A DNA stretch of 64,000 bases from an uncultured Verrucomicrobiae bacterium (GTDB lineage Bacteria; Verrucomicrobiota; Verrucomicrobiia; Limisphaerales; Palsa-1400): contig CAVPOM010000009.1 in assembly GCA_963707025.1 (NCBI GenBank), positions 256,001 to 320,000 on the forward strand, written 5' to 3'. A model generated the notes under the pieces. It was not told where the DNA came from, did not search any database, and worked only from the letters and a program-made list of their open reading frames with translations. The position numbers and the translations under genes are program-made. Positions within the stretch are counted from its first letter, which is position 1; each line of letters begins with the position of its first letter. Positions 1 to 9,341 of this stretch are shown one piece after another.

Positions 1-2
1 CG

Positions 3-800
3 CGCGCCGCCTTCCCGCTTTTTTTATTCAGCATGGGCGCGCCGCTGTTCTTGCTTTATCTGGCGCTGAGTTTGCACAGCCGCATTGAGCTGAACTGGAT
101 TGCGCCCTCGGTGGTGCCGCTGTTTTGTCTGATGGCCGTTTATTGGCAGGCGCGATGGGCGGGGGCGCGGCGCGTGCTCAAACCGCTGCTGGGAATCGGC
201 CTCGGCCTCGGGTTCATGGCGGCGGTGCTGGCGCTGGATGGGAATTTGCTGGCGAAAATTCTGCATCGCGCGCCGCCGCCCGGTTTCGACCCGTTGCGCC
301 GCGTTCTCGGCTGGAAGGAACTGGCGCAGATGGCCGGCGGGGAGCGGCGCGATTTGGAAAGGCGCACCGGCACACCGGTCTTCATCATCGGCGAGCATTA
401 CGGGTTTGTCTCGCAGATCACTTTCTATCTGCCGGAGGCCAAAAGCCGGGTGGGCGGCGCGCCGCTGGTCTTCTGCTACGCCAGCCGCGAGCCGCGCAAC
501 CAATTTTATTTCTGGCCGGATTATCTCGGGCGCACCGGGCAGGACGCCCTCTTCGTGCGCGAAGTGGCCCGCCGCCAATTGCGGCCCGGCTGGCTTTCGG
601 AATGGTGGCATGGCCGCAACGACCTCTACCTGCCCGACCCTTTGGCCAACGCCGCCTTGCCGCCTGAGTTGCGCGGGCAATTCGAATCCATCACCGATTT
701 GGGCGTCCGGGAGGTCGTCTATCCCGGCAAAGGCGTGTTGCGCCGCGCCCAATTCTTTGCCTGTCACAACTTGCTTTCCCCGGCCGCTTCGCCAAAATGA
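3..800 (+). CDS. C-terminal part of ArnT/GT39-like membrane glycosyltransferase (5' truncated by window edge)
   Basis: Frame open from nt 3; hydrophobic helices with 'SLHSRIELNWIAP' (NW motif) then a periplasmic tail 'GW..LA', 'YGFVSQITFY', 'NQFYFW', typical of ArnT/PMT-family proteins. Confidence 0.7.
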   Translation, partial: RAAFPLFLFSMGAPLFLLYLALSLHSRIELNWIAPSVVPLFCLMAVYWQARWAGARRVLKPLLGIGLGLGFMAAVLALDGNLLAKILHRAPPPGFDPLRRVLGWKELAQMAGGERRDLERRTGTPVFIIGEHYGFVSQITFYLPEAKSRVGGAPLVFCYASREPRNQFYFWPDYLGRTGQDALFVREVARRQLRPGWLSEWWHGRNDLYLPDPLANAALPPELRGQFESITDLGVREVVYPGKGVLRRAQFFACHNLLSPAASPK

Positions 801-812
801 GCCGCCAACGTT

Positions 813-1841
813 ATGAGAATCCAACTGCTGTCAATCTGTTCCTCCGCCATCCTTTGTCTCAGCGCCGCCTCTGGCTGCGGCACCACGCCCGCCATTCCTC
901 CGGCCGAAATCAAGCCGGGAGAAGTGTGGCCCGATGACCGGGGCCAGCATGTCCAGGCCCACGGCGGGGGCATCCTCAAGCTCGGCCGCACCTATTACTG
1001 GTTTGGCGAGGACCGGGGGCGGTCCAACCAGTTCAACCTGCGCTACGTCAGTTGCTATTCGTCGGAAGATTTGGGGCACTGGAAATTTCGCAACCAGGTT
1101 CTCAAGCTCTCCGACCCGGAGCATTTCGGGCGCACCGTGGTGCTGGAACGGCCCAAGGTTTTTTACAACGCCAAGACCAGGAAATTCGTCATGTACATGC
1201 ACATTGACGGCCCGCTGCCGGGAGGAGGGGGCGGCGGCTACGCCCTGGCCCGCGTCGGCGTGGCGGTGTGCGACACGGTGGATGGCGACTACCAATATCT
1301 CAAGAGCTTCCGCCCGCTGGATCACGAAAGCCGCGACATCGGCCAGTTTGTGGACGACGACGGGACGGCCTATTTGATTTTCGAGGACCGGCCCAATGGC
1401 TTTCACATCGCCAAACTTTCCGATGATTACTTGACAGTGGAAAAGGACGTGTGCCTGATTCCCATGCACATGGAAGGGGGCGCGCTGGTGCATTACCAGG
1501 GACTTTACTACGCCATCGGCTCGGCCCTGACCGGCTGGAACGCCAACCCCAACAAATACGCCACCGCCAAATCGCTGCAAGGCCCGTGGTCCGAGTTCAA
1601 GGACATCGCCCCGCCCGCCGCCAGAACCTACGGCGCCCAATCCACCATGATGCTCAAGGTCGTGGGCACAAAAACAACGACGGTGATTTACATGGGCGAC
1701 ATCTGGAAGCCGCGCACGCAATGGGATTCGCGCTACCTGTGGATGCCGGTGGAAATTGGCGGCGGCAAGCTCTGGCTGCCCGAACCCAAGCCCTGGACGC
1801 TGAACATCCGGACCGGCGAGGCGGTGATTGAAAAGCCGTGA
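813..1841 (+). CDS. Glycoside hydrolase family 43 (GH43_24-like beta-1,3-galactanase type), probable lipoprotein
   Basis: Motifs QAHGGG, YYWFGE, ERPKV, SRD..FVDDDG, EGGA, AQST; signal peptide ending 'ASGC'. Confidence 0.85.
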   Translation: MRIQLLSICSSAILCLSAASGCGTTPAIPPAEIKPGEVWPDDRGQHVQAHGGGILKLGRTYYWFGEDRGRSNQFNLRYVSCYSSEDLGHWKFRNQVLKLSDPEHFGRTVVLERPKVFYNAKTRKFVMYMHIDGPLPGGGGGGYALARVGVAVCDTVDGDYQYLKSFRPLDHESRDIGQFVDDDGTAYLIFEDRPNGFHIAKLSDDYLTVEKDVCLIPMHMEGGALVHYQGLYYAIGSALTGWNANPNKYATAKSLQGPWSEFKDIAPPAARTYGAQSTMMLKVVGTKTTTVIYMGDIWKPRTQWDSRYLWMPVEIGGGKLWLPEPKPWTLNIRTGEAVIEKP

Positions 1842-1932
1842 GCGCATCCGGCGGCAACCCGCCACGACTCAAAAACGGCACGCGTCCCGATCACCATCGG
1901 ATTGGCTCGACCGATCTTTTCAACCCTCGTCC

Positions 1933-2277
1933 TCATCTGAGAAAATCCATGCCGAGTGCCACCGCGCCGAACAAAGCCAGGATTGGTCCCCACCACATCA
2001 TCGGAATATAAAAAAATGAATGAGAATACCGCAAGACAACCTTTTCGCCGGTCTTCGGGTCTATCAGGAGACGAGCCTTTCTGGAGTCGAAATAGCGGCC
2101 GACAAACCAGCAAGCCGAAGCGGAAACGAATAGAGAAATTGCGAGCGGCCACTTGTGGCTGTTCCAATAGGCCCCGCTGCCAGTGATGGAATCGGAGAGG
2201 AAATTGGCGGCGAGCGAAAAACCAAACGCGAAGACCGCGACGAGAAAACCCTTACCATGCCAAACAATGTGGATCAT
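1933..2277 (-). CDS. Small hypothetical membrane protein
   Basis: 114-aa ORF with 3 hydrophobic segments, 'IDPKTGEKVVL..HSFFYIPM..WG'; lower GC than neighbours. Confidence 0.7.
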   Translation of the reverse strand: MIHIVWHGKGFLVAVFAFGFSLAANFLSDSITGSGAYWNSHKWPLAISLFVSASACWFVGRYFDSRKARLLIDPKTGEKVVLRYSHSFFYIPMMWWGPILALFGAVALGMDFLR

Positions 2278-2425
2278 AATCGTGTTGCTTGCGCCGCGGA
2301 GCCTTTAGTGGCATGGGGGTTTTCCCCGCCAATCAGCCCCACGCCTTGCCTCCCGCTTTTTCCGTCGTCCAGCCTCGTTTTGGCGGCGCCTCTTTGTGAA
2401 AAACATTCCGCCAACCGGATGGCCA

Positions 2426-3205
2426 TCACGACGTTGGTTTCTTAAGGAACGGGGTGATGAAGTCTATGGGCACGGGGAAGATGGTGGTGGTGTTGCGGTC
2501 GCCAGAGATTTCGTTGATGGTCTGGAGGTAGCGCAGTTGCAGGGCGATGGGCTGTTTGGCAATCATTTCGGCGGCCTGGCAGAGTTTTTCGGCGGCCTGG
2601 AATTCGCCTTCGGCGTTGATGACTTTGGCGCGGCGCTCGCGCTCGGTTTCGGCCTGGCGGGCCATGGCGCGTTTCATGGTGTCGGGCAGGACCACGTCGC
2701 GCACTTCCACGGCGGTGACTTTGACGCCCCACGGGCTGGTGTGGCGGTCAATGATTTCCTGGAGGGTGGCGTTGATCTTGTCCCGCTTGGCCAGCAACTC
2801 GTCCAGCTCGCTTTGGCCCAGGACGCTGCGCAGGGTGGTTTGGGCGATGAGCGAGGTGGCCTGGAGATAGTTCTCCACCTTGACCACCGCGGCCTCCGAG
2901 TCCATGATCATGAAATAAATCACCGCGTCCACCGTGACCGGCACATTGTCGCGCGTCATCACCTCCTGTTTGGCCACGTTGATGGTGATGACGCGCAAAT
3001 CCATCCGCACCATCTTGTCCACCAGCGGGATGAGCAAAACCAGCCCCGGCCCCTTGGCCCCGATGAGTTTGCCGAGCCGGAAAATAACGCCGCGCTCGTA
3101 CTCGCGCAGAATGCGCACGGCGTTGGGCAGGATGAAGATGGCGAGAATGACCACCGGCACGAGCCAGCTCAACAGGTTTGTGGGAATTTGGAATGAAGTG
3201 TCCAT
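2426..3205 (-). CDS. SPFH/band 7 (stomatin/slipin) family protein
   Basis: EYERGVIFRLG, GPGL, TRDNVPVTVDAV, AQTTLRSVLG, AEGEFQAA, ALQLRYLQT. Confidence 0.95.
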   Translation of the reverse strand: MDTSFQIPTNLLSWLVPVVILAIFILPNAVRILREYERGVIFRLGKLIGAKGPGLVLLIPLVDKMVRMDLRVITINVAKQEVMTRDNVPVTVDAVIYFMIMDSEAAVVKVENYLQATSLIAQTTLRSVLGQSELDELLAKRDKINATLQEIIDRHTSPWGVKVTAVEVRDVVLPDTMKRAMARQAETERERRAKVINAEGEFQAAEKLCQAAEMIAKQPIALQLRYLQTINEISGDRNTTTIFPVPIDFITPFLKKPTS

Positions 3206-3218
3206 AGCAGTTTATGTT

Positions 3219-4514
3219 TTAGGATTTAGGTTTGACATTCAAGGTGAGTCCGTTGCGTCCGACAATTTCCGCCCGCTCTCCCTGGGCGATGGGCGTCGGG
3301 CTGACCGCCCTCCATAAGGCGCCGTCCACGAAGACCTGCCCGCCGTGCTGATCAATCGCGGTCAAGGCCGCCATGGTCTGGCCGATCAGGGTTTCAGGCC
3401 CGGATTTAACGGGCAGGCCTTGGGCGCGCAAGCCCGCGCCAGCGACGAAGAGAAGAAACAGCCCGGTCAGGATGGTGGCCGGGACGATCAGCCCCAGCGA
3501 CAAGGAAAAAGCCGAGCCGCGATCAAACAGCATGAGCGAGCCAATAAAGAACGCCGCCAGGCCGCCCACCGTGAGCACGCCGTGGGTGGGGGCATAAACA
3601 TCGGTGATGAACAACCCCATCGCCACCAGGATCAGGACGACGCCGGCCACGTTGATCGGCAGCACGGCGGACATATAGAGGAAGAGCACCAGCGCGATGG
3701 CCGCGGCGATGCCGGGGAAAATCGCTCCCGGATGGCTCAGTTCGGCGATGATGCCATACATGGCGATGAGCATGAGCACGAACATGACTTCCTGGCTCCA
3801 GAGCAACTGAAAAACTTTTTCCCGCGCCGACATGGGCATTTCCACCACGCGCGCGCCCGCGGTGCGCAATATCTTTCCTGCCGCTTCGCGCCCGTCGAGT
3901 TGTTGGAGCAAGTCGGGAAGATCCGACGCGATGAGATCAATGACCTTGAGTTCCAGCGCGGCGGTGGCGTTGGTGCAGGCGCTTTGGCTGACGGCGCTTT
4001 CGGCCCACTCGATATTGCGGTGGCGCTTGCTGGCGACGTTGTTGATGAAACTGGAGCCGAAATTCTCCAGTTTCTCGCGCATGACGCCGTTGGTGGGTTC
4101 GTTCTCCCCCGCCCCGCCGGTCAGGGAAACCGGATGGGCGGCGCCGATGCTGGTGTCCGGGGCCATGGCCGCGATGTCCGCCGCCATGGTGATGAACGTG
4201 CCCGCGCTGGCCGCGCAAGCGCCGGAAGGGGCGACATAGACCACGGTGGGGACAACATCCAGGAACAATTTCTCGACGATCCGGTGGGTGGATTCGAGCA
4301 GGCCACCCGGGGTGTCCAGTTGGATGATGAGGCATTGATCGTGGTCGGCGGCGGCCTGGTCAATGGCGCGCGCAATATAAGTGGCCGTGGCCGGCCCGAT
4401 CGCCCCGTCTATTCTGATCAGGCCAACCTGTTCCGCCCCGAGCAGCGCGGGCGCGGCCAGCGCCAGGGCCGCCACCGCCGCCGCCCGGCGCCTGCAACAG
4501 ATTTTCAGTGACAT
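3219..4514 (-). CDS. nfeD: NfeD family membrane-bound serine protease (long form)
   Basis: LDTPGG, AASAG, MAP.TSIGAAHP ClpP-like domain, TM bundle, C-terminal OB 'GQVFVDGALWRA'; directly upstream of stomatin. Confidence 0.93.
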   Translation of the reverse strand: MSLKICCRRRAAAVAALALAAPALLGAEQVGLIRIDGAIGPATATYIARAIDQAAADHDQCLIIQLDTPGGLLESTHRIVEKLFLDVVPTVVYVAPSGACAASAGTFITMAADIAAMAPDTSIGAAHPVSLTGGAGENEPTNGVMREKLENFGSSFINNVASKRHRNIEWAESAVSQSACTNATAALELKVIDLIASDLPDLLQQLDGREAAGKILRTAGARVVEMPMSAREKVFQLLWSQEVMFVLMLIAMYGIIAELSHPGAIFPGIAAAIALVLFLYMSAVLPINVAGVVLILVAMGLFITDVYAPTHGVLTVGGLAAFFIGSLMLFDRGSAFSLSLGLIVPATILTGLFLLFVAGAGLRAQGLPVKSGPETLIGQTMAALTAIDQHGGQVFVDGALWRAVSPTPIAQGERAEIVGRNGLTLNVKPKS

Positions 4515-4635
4515 AATCCGTTGTCCGTTTGGGACCGGAGAAAGATACCACGCTGCGCCGTCTTGGGGAATAAAATAAATCCCTTAAAAAATTGTCCGGT
4601 CTTGGCTCCCGGCGGGTCTATAATAGGGAAAGCAG

Positions 4636-6030
4636 ATGACGGAGAGCCAAACATTGCTCGCGGATTATGCCGGGAACGGCTCGGAATCCGCCTTTCGCGA
4701 ACTTGTCGCGCGCTACATTGATTTCGTCTATTCGGCGGCGGCGCGGTTGGTGGACGGCGCGCCCCACCTGGCGGATGATGTCACGCAAATTGTCTTTGCC
4801 GATTTGGCGCGGCGGGCCTCTCTTGGGCGCGAGGTGATGCTAGGCGGCTGGCTGCACCGGCATACTTGTTTCGTGGCGGCCAACCTCATGCGAGGCGAGC
4901 GCCGCCGTCAATCCCGTGAAAGGCAGGCTGCTGAAATGAACGCCATTGAAGATCACTCCGCCGCCAACCTGGCCCAAATTGCGCCCATCCTGGACGAAGC
5001 GATCAACGGCCTCGGCGCCGCCGACCGCACCGCCGTCCTGCTGCGGTTCTTCGAGCAGCGCGACTTGCGCGCCATCGGGCAGGCCATGGGAGGCAACGAA
5101 GAGGCCGCGCGGAAGCGGGTGGCGCGCGCGCTGGAAAAATTGCACGCCATCCTGAAACGCCGCGGCGTGACTTATGCCGCGGCGGCCCTGGCAACGGCCC
5201 TGGCGGCCCGGACGGTCACGGCCGCGCCGGCCGGGCTGGCGGCCTCGGTTGCCGGATCGGCGCTGGCGGCGGCGGCGGCAGGGGGCGGGAGCGCTTTAAC
5301 CCTCATTAAAATTATGGCCATGACCAAATTTAAAATTGGAATCGTCAGCGGCATGGTCGCCGCCAGCCTGGTGACGACCCTGGTGATTCAACAGCAGGCA
5401 CAGGCCAGGCTGCGGAAGGACGATGAAACGGTGCAACAACAGGCCAATCAAATCGCCCAACTCCGGGCCGATAACGAGCGCCTTTCCCGGCCAGCCGCCC
5501 GATCCGGCAACCTGAACACACCCGATGAACTGGCGCGGCTTCGCGCCGAAGCAGCAGCGCTGCGACCACAAACCAATGATCTGGCCGCGCTGAGGGAAGA
5601 AAACCGCCAGCGCCAAAAAACACCGGCGGCGGATGCCGAACCAAAATCGTCTTTGCGATTGAAAGCGGAAGCCATCACAAAATTGAGTTACTCCAAGAAT
5701 TTGATCCTCGCCTTTTTCTTATATGCGGCCAAAAACCAAAGCCAGTTTCCGACCAGTTTTGAGCAAGCGGCTTCTTTTTTAGGTCCCGAGGCCACGAACC
5801 AGAGCACTGTCACCTCCGACCAGTTTGAAATTGTTTACCAGGGACCGATGAACGCGGTGACGAATCCGGGCAACGTGATCGTGCTCCGTGAAAAGCAGGC
5901 CTGGCAGAGCAATGGGAAGTGGTCGCGGATTTACGCTTTTGCAGACGGCCACTGCGAGATTCATGCCAGTCCCGACGGCAATTTTGACGAGTGGGAAAGC
6001 CAGCACCTTGCCACACCCTCCGGCCAATGA
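4636..6030 (+). CDS. ECF sigma-70 factor with TM helix and C-terminal extension
   Basis: sigma2 'ESAFRELVARY..VYSAA..ADDVTQIVF..GWL'; sigma4 'LDEAI..L...DR.AVLLRFFEQ...EEAARKRVARALEKL'; Ala-rich linker, TM, coiled coil, C-terminal 'YAFADGH'. Confidence 0.92.
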   Translation: MTESQTLLADYAGNGSESAFRELVARYIDFVYSAAARLVDGAPHLADDVTQIVFADLARRASLGREVMLGGWLHRHTCFVAANLMRGERRRQSRERQAAEMNAIEDHSAANLAQIAPILDEAINGLGAADRTAVLLRFFEQRDLRAIGQAMGGNEEAARKRVARALEKLHAILKRRGVTYAAAALATALAARTVTAAPAGLAASVAGSALAAAAAGGGSALTLIKIMAMTKFKIGIVSGMVAASLVTTLVIQQQAQARLRKDDETVQQQANQIAQLRADNERLSRPAARSGNLNTPDELARLRAEAAALRPQTNDLAALREENRQRQKTPAADAEPKSSLRLKAEAITKLSYSKNLILAFFLYAAKNQSQFPTSFEQAASFLGPEATNQSTVTSDQFEIVYQGPMNAVTNPGNVIVLREKQAWQSNGKWSRIYAFADGHCEIHASPDGNFDEWESQHLATPSGQ

Positions 6031-6764
6031 TCCCCAAGGCGCTCATCTTTTCCATCGTTCTTGCCGTGGCCGCCCTCTGCATCGCGGCACCCTTTTGGGT
6101 TCGGCATGGCGCGCGAGTCCAATTGAACGCGGCGGAAAACACCCTGCGCGAGCAGGCCGCGAACATCGCCCGCCTTAGTGTTGACAAATCACCCCCATTC
6201 CAAAACCCCGCTCCATCCCTCTCCACCGATCAACTCAAGGAACTCTTGCGGTTGCGGGATGAAGTGGGCCGTCTGCGCGACAGCGTGGCGGAAGCGAAGA
6301 ACCTGCGCGCCGCGTTGCAAAACGCCGGCCCGACCACGCCGGCGGAAGCCCCTTGCGGTCCCTATTATTGGCCCGTGGATCAATTGGCCAACGCCGGCCG
6401 CGCCACTCCGGAGTCAACTTTAAAAACTTGGCTTTGGGCTTTAAAAAGCGGCGACCTGAAGACCGTAATCTCATGCATGGGGCCCGAGATGCGGGCCGCG
6501 ATCGAGGATGAGGAACGGAATGACGCCAACTCGGCGCAGGACCTTGAAAAGAAGTTCAAGGAAAAGGAGGCTGAAATGTTCTCGCAAACCTCCGGGTTCC
6601 GCCTGGTGGACGAAAAGGCGGATTCCCCCGATGAAATGACCATCCTCCTGTCCTACGAGGGGCAAGGCGTGGCCCAGAAATTCCACTTAAAAAAAGCCGG
6701 ACCCGATTGGACGGTCCTTGATCCTGGCCAGCCGGAGATATACGAGGCGGGCCGGCACCTGTGA
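6027..6764 (+). CDS. Hypothetical membrane-anchored protein (coiled coil + possible NTF2-like C-terminus)
   Basis: ATGA overlap with sigma stop; N-terminal TM; 'ELLRLRDEVGRLR', 'AGRATPESTLKTWLWA'. Confidence 0.75.
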   Translation: MIPKALIFSIVLAVAALCIAAPFWVRHGARVQLNAAENTLREQAANIARLSVDKSPPFQNPAPSLSTDQLKELLRLRDEVGRLRDSVAEAKNLRAALQNAGPTTPAEAPCGPYYWPVDQLANAGRATPESTLKTWLWALKSGDLKTVISCMGPEMRAAIEDEERNDANSAQDLEKKFKEKEAEMFSQTSGFRLVDEKADSPDEMTILLSYEGQGVAQKFHLKKAGPDWTVLDPGQPEIYEAGRHL

Positions 6765-6843
6765 AGCCGCCCGGCTGGACCCGCACGGCGATGCCGAATG
6801 GAGGATGGAACGGGCCGAAGAGAAGTCAGAGCTGGCTTCCCTC

Positions 6844-7527
6844 TCATTCCGGCAGAAAGCGGTAGCCCACCCCGCGCACCGTGTCCAGATATTTGGCGGC
6901 CACGCCCAGCTTTTCGCGCAGGCGGCGCATGTGGGTGTCCACCGTGCGCGTGTCAATGTGGGTCTCGTATTCCCAAACGTCGCGGAGCAATTGCTCGCGG
7001 GACTGGACATGGCCGATGCGCTGGACCAGCACGGCCAGGAGTTTGAATTCGGTGGCGGTGAGTTCGATGCGCCTGGCTTTGACCGTCACGACATGCCGGG
7101 AGACGTCCAACTGGAGTGGGCCGAAGGAGAAGGCGTTGCGCGGGGCGGCCAGAGCCTGGCGCTCCTCCAGCCGCTTCTTGACACGCAGCACCAATTCGCG
7201 CGGGCTGAAGGGCTTGGGCACGTAATCGGTCGCGCCCAGTTCCAGGCCGACGATGCGGTCAATTTCCCCGGCGCGGGCGGTCAGCATGATGATGGGGATG
7301 CCGTTGGTTTTTGGGTCGCGCCGCAGCAGTTTGCAGACTTCCAACCCGTCCATTTCGGGCAGCATCAAATCCAGCAAAATCAAATCGGGGGAGGCGGAGC
7401 GGGCCTTGCGCAAGGCATCCGCGCCGTCCACCGCCGTCTCCACCAGGAAGCCGGCCTGGCCCAGGTTGTAACTGACCAGATCCAGGACATCCGGCTCGTC
7501 ATCCACCACCAGCACTTTGGCTTTCAC
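6844..7527 (-). CDS. OmpR/PhoB-family response regulator (PhoB-like)
   Basis: Receiver VVDDE, DLILLDLMLP, MLTA, KPF; winged helix LTATEF, RTVDTHMRRLREKL, TVRGVGY. Confidence 0.93.
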   Translation of the reverse strand: MKAKVLVVDDEPDVLDLVSYNLGQAGFLVETAVDGADALRKARSASPDLILLDLMLPEMDGLEVCKLLRRDPKTNGIPIIMLTARAGEIDRIVGLELGATDYVPKPFSPRELVLRVKKRLEERQALAAPRNAFSFGPLQLDVSRHVVTVKARRIELTATEFKLLAVLVQRIGHVQSREQLLRDVWEYETHIDTRTVDTHMRRLREKLGVAAKYLDTVRGVGYRFLPE

Positions 7528-7572
7528 TCCCCCATCATCCCTTAAAAGTCATGTCGCGCACAACGGCGGCCC

Positions 7573-7593
7573 GGTGACAAATCGGTTACAAAC
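7573..7593 (-). promoter_or_regulatory. Candidate Pho box (11-bp direct repeat)
   Basis: Minus strand TTGTAAC-CGAT-TTGTCAC, 7-4-7 layout as in Pho boxes, ~45 nt upstream of the PhoB-like gene. Confidence 0.55.
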
Positions 7594-7722
7594 GTGTGGC
7601 TTTGCCGGGCGCGATTCTCTGTTTTGCCATTGCCCGCTCCTGGAGGAGGACGTAACTTCGGGGCCATCCGCACATCTATGATTGACGGGCGAAAAGAGCG
7701 AAGGCCCGCCGTGCGGAATTCT

Positions 7723-8283
7723 ATGAACACGCCGCCGAAACTTTTCAAGGGATTTGGCCAAAAGGCCGCGGCCATCCTTCTGTTCGCCCTGGCGGCAGAA
7801 GCGGGGCCGGCGCCCGCCGGCGATTGGTCCCGCTGGGAACCCCTGGCCAAAGGCGGCGCGGTGGTGGAAATCGCCCGGGATGCCGCCGCGCCCCTGGATG
7901 GGCTGAAGACCAATTCATGGCGGCTGACAGTCAAGAAGACCGGCCATCGGGCCGGCATGGTCAGCGGCGAAACTGGAGAAGCAGCCGTGCGGGCCGGCCA
8001 ATGGTACGATCTGTCGTTTCATGCCTCCACCGAGGCCAACAAGCATTTCGCGCTGACGGTTTCGCTGGAAAGCGCCGACGGCAAAATCGTGGGCGCGCAG
8101 GCCACCCTCCCGGAGGTCGGCCAGATCGGGGGAGCGTGGGCCGAATACCATCTCTCGCTCCAGGCCCGCCAAGCCGTGCCGAAATGCCGGATGGCCATCA
8201 CGATGGCCGAGACCGGGACTATCCGGTTCAGCGGCATCCGGCTTGTTGCCCGCATAAAACCTCAAAGCCACGGCCATGATTAA
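7723..8283 (+). CDS. Secreted protein, carbohydrate-binding-like beta-sandwich (resembles GH51 N-terminal domain)
   Basis: Signal peptide; 'AVRAGQWYDLSF..LTVSLESADG..W.EY.L.L' pattern; overlaps start of GH43 gene. Confidence 0.5.
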   Translation: MNTPPKLFKGFGQKAAAILLFALAAEAGPAPAGDWSRWEPLAKGGAVVEIARDAAAPLDGLKTNSWRLTVKKTGHRAGMVSGETGEAAVRAGQWYDLSFHASTEANKHFALTVSLESADGKIVGAQATLPEVGQIGGAWAEYHLSLQARQAVPKCRMAITMAETGTIRFSGIRLVARIKPQSHGHD

Positions 8284-9334
8284 AAAATTCTCCGGTCGCG
8301 CGGGAATCGTTGTCATCGGGATAGTATTGACGTTGTGGCCGCCTCCGGCTGTTTTGCCAGCGCCGGCGCGAACGCCGCCGGCCGCCGCGCCCGGCACCAA
8401 TGCCGGGGTGGCGTCGCCGCTGGCGCCGTTCGTCATCCGGAATGTCACCGTGCATGACCCGTCCACCATCGTGAAATGCAAGGACGAGTTTTGGGTTTTT
8501 TATACCGGACGCGGCGTGCCCTCCTGGCATTCCAAAGACCTGGTGAACTGGGAGCGCGGGCCGGCTGTCTTCACCAATGCGCCGGGCTGGGTGGCGGAGA
8601 ATGTGCCGGCCAACCGCCGGCTGGATTATTGGGCGCCGGACGTGGCCCGGGTGGGGGACCGGTATTTTCTGTATTACTCGGCGTCCAGTTTCGGCAAGAA
8701 CACCTCCGGCATCGGGTTGGCGGCCAATCCCACCCTGGATCCCGCCGACCCGGCCTATCACTGGACCGATGAGGGCCTGGTCATCAAGTCCGGCCCGGAT
8801 GATGATTTCAACACGATTGACCCCGCCATCTTCCAGGATGCCAACGGCAGTCTCTGGCTGTCCTTCGGCTCGTTTTGGAGCGGCATCCGCATGATCGGGC
8901 TGGATCGGGACAGCGGCAAGCGCCTCACGCCGGATCTCCCGGTGCTTTCTCTGGCGCATTACGACTCGATTGAGGCGTCCTACCTTTACCAGCATGGCGG
9001 CTGGCATTATTTATTTGTGGATTGGGGGATGTGCTGCCGGGGGGCGAACAGCACCTACAACATCCGCCTCGGGCGGAGCAAGCAGGTCACCGGGCCCTAT
9101 CTGGACAAGCAGGGAGTGAACATGCTGTTTGGAGGGGGCAGCCTGTTTCTGGACACGACGGGACCGCTGATCGGGCCGGGGCATGCCGGGATAATAGTTG
9201 ACAACGGCACCAACTGGTTCAGTTGCCATTTTGAAGCCAACGGCACGGGGCGGCGCGGATCGGTGCTGGCCATCCTGCCGCTGCATTGGAACGCGGACGG
9301 CTGGCCGGAACTGGACATCAAGGCGGCGAAATAA
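8276..9334 (+). CDS. GH43 endo-1,5-alpha-L-arabinanase
   Basis: VHDPS, WAPD, YYSASSFG, NTIDP, FGSFWSGI, IEAS, GPGH motifs; signal peptide. Confidence 0.9.
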   Translation: MIKKFSGRAGIVVIGIVLTLWPPPAVLPAPARTPPAAAPGTNAGVASPLAPFVIRNVTVHDPSTIVKCKDEFWVFYTGRGVPSWHSKDLVNWERGPAVFTNAPGWVAENVPANRRLDYWAPDVARVGDRYFLYYSASSFGKNTSGIGLAANPTLDPADPAYHWTDEGLVIKSGPDDDFNTIDPAIFQDANGSLWLSFGSFWSGIRMIGLDRDSGKRLTPDLPVLSLAHYDSIEASYLYQHGGWHYLFVDWGMCCRGANSTYNIRLGRSKQVTGPYLDKQGVNMLFGGGSLFLDTTGPLIGPGHAGIIVDNGTNWFSCHFEANGTGRRGSVLAILPLHWNADGWPELDIKAAK

Positions 9335-9341
9335 TCCGGCC

